The notes under the pieces were generated by a model, which made no database searches, had not been told where the DNA came from, and saw only the letters and a list, made by a program, of their open reading frames with translations. Both the position numbers and the translations under genes were made by a program. Shown here piece after piece: positions 50,028 to 59,180 of a DNA stretch of 64,000 nt (position 1 is the first letter of the stretch; the number at the start of each line of letters is the position of its first letter). The stretch is from Planctomycetota bacterium (lineage in GTDB: Bacteria; Planctomycetota; UBA1135; UBA2386), in the NCBI GenBank assembly GCA_965223545.1, contig OZ245006.1:6656001-6720000 (forward strand), in the 5' to 3' direction.

Positions 50028-52817
50028 CTACACCGGATCCGGCCACAGCTGCTTCCACGGCGGCGCCGGCGTCGCGGCCGACGCCTGCACCCGGGCCAGC
50101 GCGGCCGGGCCCAGCCGTACCCGCTCGAGCGCGGTCTCGGCCAATGCGCGCCCGCACGCTTGGCCGATGCTGTCCGCATCCAGGCCGTGATAGGCAAACA
50201 CGTCGGCCGGCGTCCCCGACTTGCTGAACTTGTGCACACCCAGCGTCACCTGCTGCGTGCCGGCGATCGAACCGATGTTGTCGAGCAGGCCGAGCTCGCC
50301 GTCGTGCACGCTGACCACCGGAATGCGGCGCCCGGCCAGGTCGATGGCATCGGCTTCCTCGACGCCGCGGTCGCCGACCGGCCGCAGGTGTAGGCTGCCA
50401 TCGACGCCGAGGCGCTGGCGCAAGGTGTGGTAATCGTCGCGCCGCGCCAGGATGCCGAGCAGCAGCTCGGGCGAGGTGACCGCGATGACGTTGGCGTAGA
50501 TGCCGCGCTCCAACAGCTGCTCGCTGGCCGCCGCGGCTTCGCGCACCAAGGCCCCCATGGCGAACACGTGTACGACGTTCTCGCCCGGCTCGTAGCCGCG
50601 ATAGCCGCGATAGTCGATCAGATAGTAGGCCCCGGCGAGCACGTCCTCCCGCAGCGCGTCCAGGATCTCGGCGTCGGGCAGCGCGGGCACCTCGGTCTCC
50701 GGCAGGCCGCCGTCGGCCGTGCTGGCGCCCAGCACGGCGCCGTCGGGCAGATCATTCTTGAACCGCACTTGCCGGCGCAGATTGTCGAGCAGGAGCCGCT
50801 GCTGCAGGCCGAGCGTGACGGCGCGGATGAGCACGCCGGTGCGGCCCGCGTTGTCGTCGGCGAAGTGCCGGCGGATCGCGTCGCACAAGATCCAGTCGAG
50901 CTCGATCGCGAACGCCGGCTCCCAAGTGATCAGGTTGGGGATCTGGATGTCGGACTTCCACGAGTGCTGGGCGCCCTCGGGCGCCAGGGTGACGCCCGAC
51001 GGCGTGCCCACCAGGACGAAGCTCGAGCCCCAGTACAGGTCGTAGTACAGCTGGTCGAGCGCGCGTTTGATGAAGAAGTCGTAGACCGTCATCATCGGCA
51101 GGAACGGGATGCCGATCAGATCGCGCATCGCGCCGAACGAGCCGGCCGCCGACATGCAGTTGGCCTCGGCGATCTCGAACCGGATGTGCCGGGTCCAGGC
51201 CTCGTCGGTCGGCGCCAGCTCCGGCCGCAGGCGCTCGTGCAGCTCGAGCTCCTTCTCCCAGTTCTGCTCGTGCTCCGGCCCGAAGATCTTCTCGTCCATG
51301 GCCGGGTTGATGTTGGTGCTGGTGCCGACGTCGGGCGCCATGGTCAGCAGCAGGTCGGCGACCGCGTTCCAGCGGCCCTCCTCGTCGGTCAGCGCGCGGC
51401 CGGGCTCGCGCCCCGCGCTGCGCAGCTCGTCGTGCACGCCGATGCGCACCAGCTTGGCCGCGAGCTGACCCCACATCCACTGGGTGTGCGCCATCGGCGC
51501 GAGCTTGAGGTTGATCTGCAGACTGTCGGGCAGGCCGCCGGCTTGCTGCAGAGCGTCGGCGACGCGCGCGCGGTTGGCCTCGGCCTGCGCCTCGAGCGCT
51601 TCGATGCCCTCGCGCAGCGCCGCGCTGCGCTGCGCGAGCCAGCGGCCTTCGTCGCTGTCGCCCGCGAACCGCGCGAACCGCCGCTCGTCGGTCAACCCTT
51701 CGCCGGCCAGCAGCTGCTCGACCTCGGCCTCGCGCGGCAGCGCCGAGTGATTGCCCGGCGCGGCGAAGCACTCGAGCCCGCGACCCTTGATGGTGTGCAC
51801 CACCAGCATGCACGGCTGCTGGGGATCGCGCTTGCTGTCCTCGAGCGCGGCGATCAAGACGTCGAGGTCGTGTCCGCCGAGGTCGCTGAACAGGCGCAGC
51901 ACGGCGTCGTCGTCGAGCTTGTCGAGGGCCTTGGCGCAGGCGCTGTCGGCCTCGAGCAGCGCGGTGCGCATCAGCGCGGCGTCGCGCTTCCACAACAGCA
52001 TCTGGAAGTGGTAGTCCGAGAAGTGCTGCTCGAAGACGCCGCGCAGCGCCTTGCCACCGGGGCCCTTGAACACCTTCTCGCGGAACGAGCCGTGCTGCAC
52101 CTGCACCACGCGCCAGCCGTTCGCCTCGCAGGTGCGCTGGATGCGGTGCGCGTCGGTGCCCTGCAGGCCGCGCTTGTTGGGGATCCGCGTGCCGTCGAGG
52201 TTCTGCCGGTTGTAGTCGACGATCCAGGTGACGTTGCCGAGCTCGCGTTCGGCGACCTCCGGCAGCACCTCGAGCAGCGACCCCTCGCGAAACTCGGAGT
52301 CGCCCATCATCGACCAGAAGTGCGGCTGCGGTGCGTCGGGCCAACCGTGCGCGCGGGCGTAGCGGTGAGCCAGGGCGAGGTAGACCGAGGCCACCGGCGG
52401 AATGCCCACCGATCCGGACGGCAGGAAGTGGAAGGAATCGGGGTCGGTCAGCGCGTGGTACGACTGGAACACCGGCTCGCCGTCTTTGGCGAACGCGCGC
52501 AGGCGGTGCATCGCCGCCTCGCTCTCCTCGTCGTCGAGCCAGCGTCCCGCCTGCCGCTGCAGGCCGAGCAGGTGCTGCAAGGCGTGGTCGGTGGGCGAGG
52601 CGTGTGGCTTGCAGCAGACGTAGTCGCCGGCATCGCGCACCACCAGGTGCAGTGCTGCGAGGATCTCCAGGCACGACGCGCACGCCGCCGGATGTCCGCC
52701 GACCTTGGGATCGCCGGTGGCCGCATCACTGCGGTTGTTGGCAGTGTCGATCATCGCCACCATGTGGACGAACGCCCGGCGCGTGATGCGCTGCAGCAGT
52801 TGAGTGTCGTGGGCCAT
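50028..52817 (-). CDS. Pyruvate/2-oxoacid dehydrogenase E1, AceE-like (TPP-dependent)
   Basis: KVGGH, KPHASP, GDSEFREG, DYNRQNLDG, IAEAN, TPSGVTLAPEGAQH. Confidence 0.85.
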   Translation of the reverse strand: MAHDTQLLQRITRRAFVHMVAMIDTANNRSDAATGDPKVGGHPAACASCLEILAALHLVVRDAGDYVCCKPHASPTDHALQHLLGLQRQAGRWLDDEESEAAMHRLRAFAKDGEPVFQSYHALTDPDSFHFLPSGSVGIPPVASVYLALAHRYARAHGWPDAPQPHFWSMMGDSEFREGSLLEVLPEVAERELGNVTWIVDYNRQNLDGTRIPNKRGLQGTDAHRIQRTCEANGWRVVQVQHGSFREKVFKGPGGKALRGVFEQHFSDYHFQMLLWKRDAALMRTALLEADSACAKALDKLDDDAVLRLFSDLGGHDLDVLIAALEDSKRDPQQPCMLVVHTIKGRGLECFAAPGNHSALPREAEVEQLLAGEGLTDERRFARFAGDSDEGRWLAQRSAALREGIEALEAQAEANRARVADALQQAGGLPDSLQINLKLAPMAHTQWMWGQLAAKLVRIGVHDELRSAGREPGRALTDEEGRWNAVADLLLTMAPDVGTSTNINPAMDEKIFGPEHEQNWEKELELHERLRPELAPTDEAWTRHIRFEIAEANCMSAAGSFGAMRDLIGIPFLPMMTVYDFFIKRALDQLYYDLYWGSSFVLVGTPSGVTLAPEGAQHSWKSDIQIPNLITWEPAFAIELDWILCDAIRRHFADDNAGRTGVLIRAVTLGLQQRLLLDNLRRQVRFKNDLPDGAVLGASTADGGLPETEVPALPDAEILDALREDVLAGAYYLIDYRGYRGYEPGENVVHVFAMGALVREAAAASEQLLERGIYANVIAVTSPELLLGILARRDDYHTLRQRLGVDGSLHLRPVGDRGVEEADAIDLAGRRIPVVSVHDGELGLLDNIGSIAGTQQVTLGVHKFSKSGTPADVFAYHGLDADSIGQACGRALAETALERVRLGPAALARVQASAATPAPPWKQLWPDPV

Positions 52818-52950
52818 GCGTCTTGTGCACCGTGCGTTGGCGAACCCGTGCCGGTTGGCGATCGCGACCGGCGTCGTCGGCGCGGGGCTCGAGGGCCGCC
52901 AAGAGTAGCCGAGGCGAGCCGCTCTTCCACCCCGCGGGCGGGTGCCAACG

Positions 52951-55674
52951 TCAGCGCGACCGGGGCCGGCGCGACGGGTCGCCGCGCTCGCGGCGGGCTT
53001 GGGCGCGGCGCTCGGCATGCGCTGCGGCTTCGCGCTCCGCCTGCTGCACACCGGCGTCATCGCCGAGCGCCCTGCAGGCGGCGGCCAGCGGGCGGTAGAT
53101 TCGGTCCCATGGTGCGGCGCGCCACGCCAGGTGGGGGCGCAGTGCGGTGAGGTCGGCGGCGCGGGCGAGTGCCGCCGTCAGGCGCTCGCGCGCAAGGGCG
53201 GGGTCGCCGCGCTCGAGGTCGTTGGCGGCGGCCGTGTGCAGCGCCTCGATCAGCCGCCAGAGCTGGTGCACCGCGCTGGGATACTCCTGCCACAGCGGCT
53301 CGAGCACATCGATGGCGGCGGCAAAATCGACATCCGCGCGCTGGCGCAGGTCGGTGGCCGTCGCGGCGTCGGCGGTGGCGCTGGCTTGCTCGGTGAGCAG
53401 TCGGCCGTGCAACAACCGCGCGCGGCCGTACAGCTCGCTGCAGCGCGGCAATGCCCGGTAGCGGTCGCGCAGCTGCCGGGCGCGATCGACCGCAGTCCTG
53501 CTGGCCGCGAGCGCCTCGTCGAGCAGCTGCTGATGGCTTGCCAGCATCAGATACGACTCGATCAGCTCGCATTCGTGATCGGGGATGTCCGGGTGGTTGG
53601 CGGCGAGCTCGTCCAAGGTGCGGATCGCGGTCGCGGCCTGCTCGCCGGCGGCGAGCACCTCGCCCGAGCGAAACAGCATGCGCGCCAGCAGTTGGCGGCT
53701 GCGCGCTTCCAGCATGCGGAACGCCGGGTTGTCCGGCTCGGCTTCGAGCAGGCCCTCGGCGAGCTGCAGGGCGCGCTCGTGCGGTGCCCCCATGCCGTGG
53801 CGCGGCTGGCGGTCGCGCCGGGCCCGCGGCAGCGTGTCGGGCAGGCGGCCGATGCGCTGCAACGCACCCAGATCGTTGAGCACCGCCGCCAGCTCGTAGC
53901 GGCCCTGCAGCTCTTCGGCGCCGCCGGTGGCTGCCAACAGCAGCCGCTCGAGCTGGTGGATCGCGGCGCGGAACTCCTCGCGCGCGCCAGAGCGGTCGCC
54001 GCGGTCCTCGAGCACGTGGCCGAGGCTGCGGCGGACGACCGCGCTGGCCAGCGCCGCCGCCGGGTCGCCGGCGTCTTGCCCGTGGATTGCCAGCGCGCGG
54101 CGGTAGGCGGTCTCGGCGTCGTCGTTGTGCCCGAGCCAGCGGTGGATGTCGCCGACCCGGCGCAGTGCGCGCGCGGTGTCCTGGTGCAGGCGTACATTGC
54201 CGTCGTTGTGCAGCGCAAACGCGTCGTAGAACGTGCAGAGACGTTCCAGTAGCTCGAGCTCGCGCGCAGAGACCACCGGTACCACCGGCACCGTTTCGCT
54301 CGCGTCGTCGAGCATCACCAATCCCCGGTCGCGGCCGGCGATCGCGTCGAACAGGTCGTCGAAGGCCTGCAGCGACAAGTCGAGGTTTTGTTCGGCGCGT
54401 GCGGTGGCGACGCGCTGACCGCGCAGACTGTTCTGCACCCGGTCGTTGGCGTCGCGCTCGCGTCGCAGGGATGCGTCGGCTTGTAGATAGGCGAGCCAAC
54501 CGACGGCGGCGGCGGTCAGCGTCGCGCCGATCGCAGTCGCCGCGCTGATCGCCTGGCCCGGGTTGCGTCGCGTCCAGCGCCATGCGCGTTCGAAGGCGCC
54601 GACGCGCCGCGCGCGCACGGGGACGCCGTCGAGGAAGCGCTGCAGATCGTCGGCCAACGCCGCGCAATCGGGATACCGGTGGGCCGCGTCGATCGACGTG
54701 GCGCGGGCGATCACGGTGCGCAGATCGCGGGGTGTTGCCGGGCGCTGCGCTGCTAGGTCGGGCACCCCCTGCGCACTGATCTGCTTGACCAGCGCGCCGC
54801 GGCCGCTGGCATGGAACGCGCGTTGACCGGTCAACAGCTCGAACAGCGTCACGCCGAGGCCGTACTGGTCGCTGCGCGCGTCGAAGCGGCCATCGAGAAC
54901 CTCCGGCGCGGCGTAGGCGAGCGAGCCGACGAAGTCGCGCGTGCGGGTCACCGCCTGCTGGTCGAGCAGCTTGCCGATGCCGAAGTCGGTGATCCAAACC
55001 GTGCCGTGGGGATCGAGCAACAGGTTGGCGGGCTTGACGTCGCGGTGCAGGACGCCCTGGGCATGGGCGTGGTGCAGGGCGCGCGCGGCTTGCACACCGA
55101 TGCGCGCGACCTCGTGCTCGAGCGCGCCGGCGCCGGTGGGGCGGCGGTCGGCGTAGTGGTCGAGCGCGCCGCCGTCGACGCGCTGCATGGCGTAGTAGTG
55201 CACGCCGTGGTCGAAGCCGGTGCCGTAGATCGGCACGATGTTGGCGTGGTGCAGGCGCGAGGCGATCTCGGCCTCGCGCTGAAAGCGCTCGACTTGTGCC
55301 GCCTCGGCGAACGCCGACGGCGGCAGCACCTTGACCGCGACACGGCGCGACAGCGACACCTGTACCGCGTCGTAGACGATGCCCATGCCACCGCGGCCGA
55401 TCTCGTCGAGCAGCCGGAAGTCGCCCAGGCGTTCGACCCGCTTCCAGTGTGGCCGGCTGAGGCGCTCCACCTTGAGCGCCTCCATCGCTGCGATCGGGGA
55501 CAGGAGCTCGCGCAGCGCTGCGCGGTACCGCGGGTGCCGATCGGCGAACTGGGTGGCGGTGAGCTGCTCGCCATCGCGCAGCTGGTCGGTGAATGCATCC
55601 ACCAGTGCCGCCAGCTCGGCTTCGGTGTCTGCCGCGGCGGGCTCCGGTCCTGGCGTTGCTCTCTCGTCGGTCAC
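52951..55674 (-). CDS. Hanks-type Ser/Thr kinase with TM and a helical/TPR-like C-terminus
   Basis: IGRGGMG, VAVK, HRDVKPAN, DFG, APE, W.RRNP; GTGA overlap with the ECF stop. Confidence 0.93.
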   Translation of the reverse strand: MTDERATPGPEPAAADTEAELAALVDAFTDQLRDGEQLTATQFADRHPRYRAALRELLSPIAAMEALKVERLSRPHWKRVERLGDFRLLDEIGRGGMGIVYDAVQVSLSRRVAVKVLPPSAFAEAAQVERFQREAEIASRLHHANIVPIYGTGFDHGVHYYAMQRVDGGALDHYADRRPTGAGALEHEVARIGVQAARALHHAHAQGVLHRDVKPANLLLDPHGTVWITDFGIGKLLDQQAVTRTRDFVGSLAYAAPEVLDGRFDARSDQYGLGVTLFELLTGQRAFHASGRGALVKQISAQGVPDLAAQRPATPRDLRTVIARATSIDAAHRYPDCAALADDLQRFLDGVPVRARRVGAFERAWRWTRRNPGQAISAATAIGATLTAAAVGWLAYLQADASLRRERDANDRVQNSLRGQRVATARAEQNLDLSLQAFDDLFDAIAGRDRGLVMLDDASETVPVVPVVSARELELLERLCTFYDAFALHNDGNVRLHQDTARALRRVGDIHRWLGHNDDAETAYRRALAIHGQDAGDPAAALASAVVRRSLGHVLEDRGDRSGAREEFRAAIHQLERLLLAATGGAEELQGRYELAAVLNDLGALQRIGRLPDTLPRARRDRQPRHGMGAPHERALQLAEGLLEAEPDNPAFRMLEARSRQLLARMLFRSGEVLAAGEQAATAIRTLDELAANHPDIPDHECELIESYLMLASHQQLLDEALAASRTAVDRARQLRDRYRALPRCSELYGRARLLHGRLLTEQASATADAATATDLRQRADVDFAAAIDVLEPLWQEYPSAVHQLWRLIEALHTAAANDLERGDPALARERLTAALARAADLTALRPHLAWRAAPWDRIYRPLAAACRALGDDAGVQQAEREAAAHAERRAQARRERGDPSRRPRSR

Positions 55675-56336
55675 GCGTCGGGCTCGAAGCCGGGAACGCC
55701 ATCCAGCGCCGCGCGCAGCCGGCGCAGCGCGCGCACGTAGCGGTTGGTCGACGCCGCCTTGTGCAGGCCCAGGACCTCGGCGGCTTGGTTGTTGGTGAGC
55801 TCTTCGAAATGACGCAGCACCAGGATCTCGCGGTCGGTCTCCGACAGCTCCTCGAGCACGAGCTGCAGGCGCTCGATCATCTCGGCGCGCACCGCGGCGC
55901 GCGTCGGCGTGGTCTGCGCGCCGAACAGCTGGTCGGCGAGGTGCGCCGCGGTGGCGTCGGGGCCGGGGCCGGCGATCTTGCGCTCGGCGCCGACACCGCG
56001 CTTGGCGGCGTGCAGGTGGTGTCGGGTGACGTCGACCAACGTCTGCATCGCGATGCCCCGCAGCCAGACGAACGTCGAGGCGTCGTTCTTGGCGAAGTGC
56101 TGCAGCCGCTGGGCGGCGGCGAAGAACGTGTCCTGCAGCACGTCCTCGGCGTCGACGCGGCCGTTGAGCCGGGGATCCATCCGCAGCCGAATCACGCGCG
56201 TCAAGCGCTCACGGAAGCGGTCGAGGACCGTGCCGAGGGCTTGCTCGTCCGCCGCCCGCAGGCGGTGGAGCGTGTCCGGGTCCACATCCGGGTCTTCGGT
56301 CGCCGGCGGTCTGGTTTCACTCACCAAGGGGAGCAT
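55671..56336 (-). CDS. ECF sigma-70 factor (planctomycete kinase-associated type)
   Basis: RL...IRLRMDPRL.GRVDAEDVLQD, WLR.IA, DREIL.LRHFEELTN, RYVRALRRL; start at 56336 or 56324. Confidence 0.9.
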   Translation of the reverse strand: MLPLVSETRPPATEDPDVDPDTLHRLRAADEQALGTVLDRFRERLTRVIRLRMDPRLNGRVDAEDVLQDTFFAAAQRLQHFAKNDASTFVWLRGIAMQTLVDVTRHHLHAAKRGVGAERKIAGPGPDATAAHLADQLFGAQTTPTRAAVRAEMIERLQLVLEELSETDREILVLRHFEELTNNQAAEVLGLHKAASTNRYVRALRRLRAALDGVPGFEPDA

Positions 56337-56371
56337 ACCCGGTGGCGCGATCGCGCACGTGGGCGGTGGCG

Positions 56372-56728
56372 TCACCGGCGCCGGCGCGCATCGCCACGGC
56401 GACGGTCGCCACGGCGACGGTCGCCACGGCGATCCGGCGCCTTCCGCCCCGGGCCACCGCGCTTGCCGCGCTCGCCGCGGTTGCCGCGCTCGCCGCGGTG
56501 GTTGCGCCGGCCGCGTTCGCGCGCCGTGTCCCGGCGCTCGGCGCGGGCTGCGGCGAATTCCGTGGCGGTGATCACGCCGTCGCCGTTGGTGTCGATGCGC
56601 TGGAACGCGGCCGCCACGCGGTCGCGCGCGGCGTCGCCGCGGCGGCTCTTGCCGCGGTCGCCATCGGCTTGGGCGACGAGTGTCGCCGCCGCGCAGAGAA
56701 AGACGGAGATGCAGTGAATGAGTCGCAT
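56372..56728 (-). CDS. Small secreted EF-hand protein with an Arg/Gly-rich repetitive tail
   Basis: Signal peptide, FQRIDTNGDGVITATEF, RGE and RRGD repeats. Confidence 0.75.
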   Translation of the reverse strand: MRLIHCISVFLCAAATLVAQADGDRGKSRRGDAARDRVAAAFQRIDTNGDGVITATEFAAARAERRDTARERGRRNHRGERGNRGERGKRGGPGRKAPDRRGDRRRGDRRRGDARRRR

Positions 56729-56843
56729 GCCACGACAAACGCGCGCGCCGGCCGGCCGGAAACGCCCGACTCGGGGTTTCTCGGGCAACGACGGCGTATG
56801 GTGGCGATGTTTGCGTATCGGTTACAAATCGAAAGGACTTCGC

Positions 56844-57956
56844 ATGCGCATCACGGTGGTTTCGGCGGTCTTGCTGTGTGGTGTCGCTCCCGTGGCGGCG
56901 CAGCGCGGCGGCGACCCCGGCGCGGTTTGGCAGCACTTGGCCGAGCGTTACGACGCCGATGGCGACGGCGTCATCACGGCGGAGGAGCACGGCCGCGGCG
57001 AGCGGCAGTTCCGCAACCTCGACCGCGACGGCGATGGAACGATCACCGCCGCCGACTTCGAGCGGCGTGGACGGCGGCCGGGCCGCGGCGCGCGCGGCGA
57101 ACGCGGCGAGCGCCCCGCTCCGCGCGAGGTCGCGCGCCGGTTGGGCGACTTGTTCGGTTCGTTCCTCAACGTGGACGGTGAGCCCGGGCTGTCGGCGGTG
57201 GACTGGCAGCAGCTGCGCGAGCGCTTGGCGCCGGACGAGAACGGCGTGGTCGGCGACGGCGGCGTCGCCGCCGTGCTCGGCCTCGACGGCAAGACGCGCA
57301 TGGCGCGCATGGGCGGCTCGCTCAAGCCGCTGCTGGATCACGATGGAGATGGCGAGCTGCACGTCGACGACCTCGACGCCGTGTTCGCCGCGTTGGATCG
57401 CGACGGCGACGGCCTGATCGAGCAGGGCGACGAGATCGACATGCCGCCAGGGGTTGGCGAGATGGCGCCCGACTTCAGCCTGCCGTTCGCCGGCGACGCC
57501 GACCGCGAGTTGCGCCTGTCGAGCCATCGCGGCGAACGGCCGGTGGTGTTGATCTTCGGCTCCTACACTTGACCCCCGTTCCGCGCGTCAGCCGGTCGGC
57601 TGACAGAGCTGTACGAAGCCTACAAGGATCGCGTCGCGTTCTACCTGGTCTACATCCGCGAGGCGCACGCCCTCGACAGCCGTTCGCCGATGGCGTTCGG
57701 CATGGTCGAGGACCCGGTCGACGACGGTGAGCGTTCTGCCGTGGCGAAGCGGTGCGTCGACGACCTGGACTTGCCGATGCCGGCCTTGATCGACCGCATC
57801 GACGACGCGGTCAACCAGGCCTACAAGGGCTGGCCCGACCGGCTGTACTTGGTCGATCGCGAGGGCAAGATCGCCTACGCCGGCGGCCGCGGACCGTTCT
57901 TCTTCTCGACGGACGCGTTGGAGGAGCGGCTGCAGGCGGTGGTCGGGGAGCAGTAG
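56844..57956 (+). CDS. Secreted multi-EF-hand iodothyronine-deiodinase-like selenoprotein (Sec at TGA 57570-57572)
   Basis: ORFs 56718-57572 and 57690-57956 are in frame; readthrough gives RPVVLIFGSYT-U-PPFR...FYLVYIREAH...D.IDD.VN.AY.GWPDRLY. Confidence 0.88.
57587..57604 (+). promoter_or_regulatory. Putative bacterial SECIS hairpin
   Basis: GTCAGCC-GGTC-GGCTGAC; 21 nt separate the TGA from the loop, which begins with GG. Confidence 0.7.
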
Positions 57957-58067
57957 GGCCGGTTTGCCGGTTTCTTTCCGGCGAACGGCCCGGGGTCGGA
58001 CAACCACGGCCGCGGCGGATCGCCCTACTGTGGGGCAGCACGCCTCCCTCTCCTTCGGCTCACCTCC

Positions 58068-59105
58068 ATGAAGAATCTCCTCACCGTTTCCGTCGCAACG
58101 GCGCTCGCCGCGGCGCTTCCCGCCCAAGGTCTGACCACCGCCTCCGGCTACGCGGTGTCGGCGCACGCCGGCAACGGCAGCGTGCAGGGGGTCGCCGGCG
58201 GCACCTCGATCGGCGCCACCGGGCTGGCGATCCGCGCCGCGGACGGCACCCGTGGCGGCCCGTCGGCGTTGGCGTCGACCGATGTCGGCATCACCCGGCT
58301 GACCAGTACGTCGGGCTCCGGTGCGGCGGTGCACGTCTACGAGAGTGGCGTCGCCAACAGCGACGGCTCTCGCCGGGCCGGCGCCGGCACCAGCAACGAC
58401 CCGCGCGGTGGTGGCCGTGCGCCCCACGCGCTGGCCTGGGCGATCCCGGCCCCGGCGGGCACGGTTGCCGCGGTCACCGTCGCCTGGCGTGCTGGCGCGA
58501 GTGCGAATGCCTCGACCGGCGTTGCCGTCGACGTCGACGGTGATGGCGCCGCTGATTTCACGGGCCGCGTGTCGAACGGCAGCGACAGCCGGAGCCAGAC
58601 GTTCCGCGTCACCGCCGGCCGCGCCGGCTTCTCCATCGGCATCATCACCTCGGGCAACGCGGCCGTGCTCAACGGCAGTGAGCAGTACGCGGGGCGCCTC
58701 TCGGTGACTTGGTTGCAGCCGTCGACCACGCCGTCGTGCACGTTCACCGCGTTCGGTCGGCCGTGTGGCGGTACGTTGGCGGCGCAAGAAGGTCGCACGA
58801 CGTCGGGCGGCGTGGTGATCCAGTACCGCGTCAGTGGCGCGGCGGCGAACGCGGTCGCCGTCCTCGGCCTCGGCACTGCGCTGTCTTCACCGGTGACGCT
58901 GCCCGGCACTCGCTGCCCGTTGCTCGTCAACCCGCGTGCCCTGATCAATGGCTCCACCGACGCGAACGGGAACGCGGGCTGGCGGTTGCCGCTACCGGTC
59001 CGGGCCAGTGGCCTCAACGTCGACGCGCAGGTCGTCACCCTGACGCTTGGCGCGACCGGCGCGCAGCTCGCCGCCACCAACGGCGTCAACACGATGTGTC
59101 AGTGA
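58068..59105 (+). CDS. Secreted hypothetical protein with the shared C-terminal domain
   Basis: Signal ending LPA|Q, VDVDGDG..DF, C-terminal FG.PC...CPLLVNP...LPLP...AQ.V...TNG. Confidence 0.8.
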   Translation: MKNLLTVSVATALAAALPAQGLTTASGYAVSAHAGNGSVQGVAGGTSIGATGLAIRAADGTRGGPSALASTDVGITRLTSTSGSGAAVHVYESGVANSDGSRRAGAGTSNDPRGGGRAPHALAWAIPAPAGTVAAVTVAWRAGASANASTGVAVDVDGDGAADFTGRVSNGSDSRSQTFRVTAGRAGFSIGIITSGNAAVLNGSEQYAGRLSVTWLQPSTTPSCTFTAFGRPCGGTLAAQEGRTTSGGVVIQYRVSGAAANAVAVLGLGTALSSPVTLPGTRCPLLVNPRALINGSTDANGNAGWRLPLPVRASGLNVDAQVVTLTLGATGAQLAATNGVNTMCQ

Positions 59106-59150
59106 GTGCGGAGTCGCTGCGCGTCGCCTGGGCGGCGCGCGGCGCGACGT

Positions 59151-59180
59151 GATGAATCGGAGCCTGACCTGGCTCCGTAC
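59151..59180 (-). repeat. REP copy with a 5-nt internal insertion
   Basis: GATGAATCGGAGCCT-GACCT-GGCTCCGTAC; between convergent genes and overlapping the TAG of the ECF fusion. Confidence 0.75.

Noticed and set aside
56950..57440. Lanmodulin-type lanthanide-binding EF hands
   Set aside because: Loops lack the Pro at position 2 characteristic of lanmodulin and look like generic Ca-binding loops
57570..57572. Nonsense mutation or two separate genes
   Set aside because: The TGA falls exactly at the deiodinase Sec position with a SECIS-like hairpin and continuous downstream similarity
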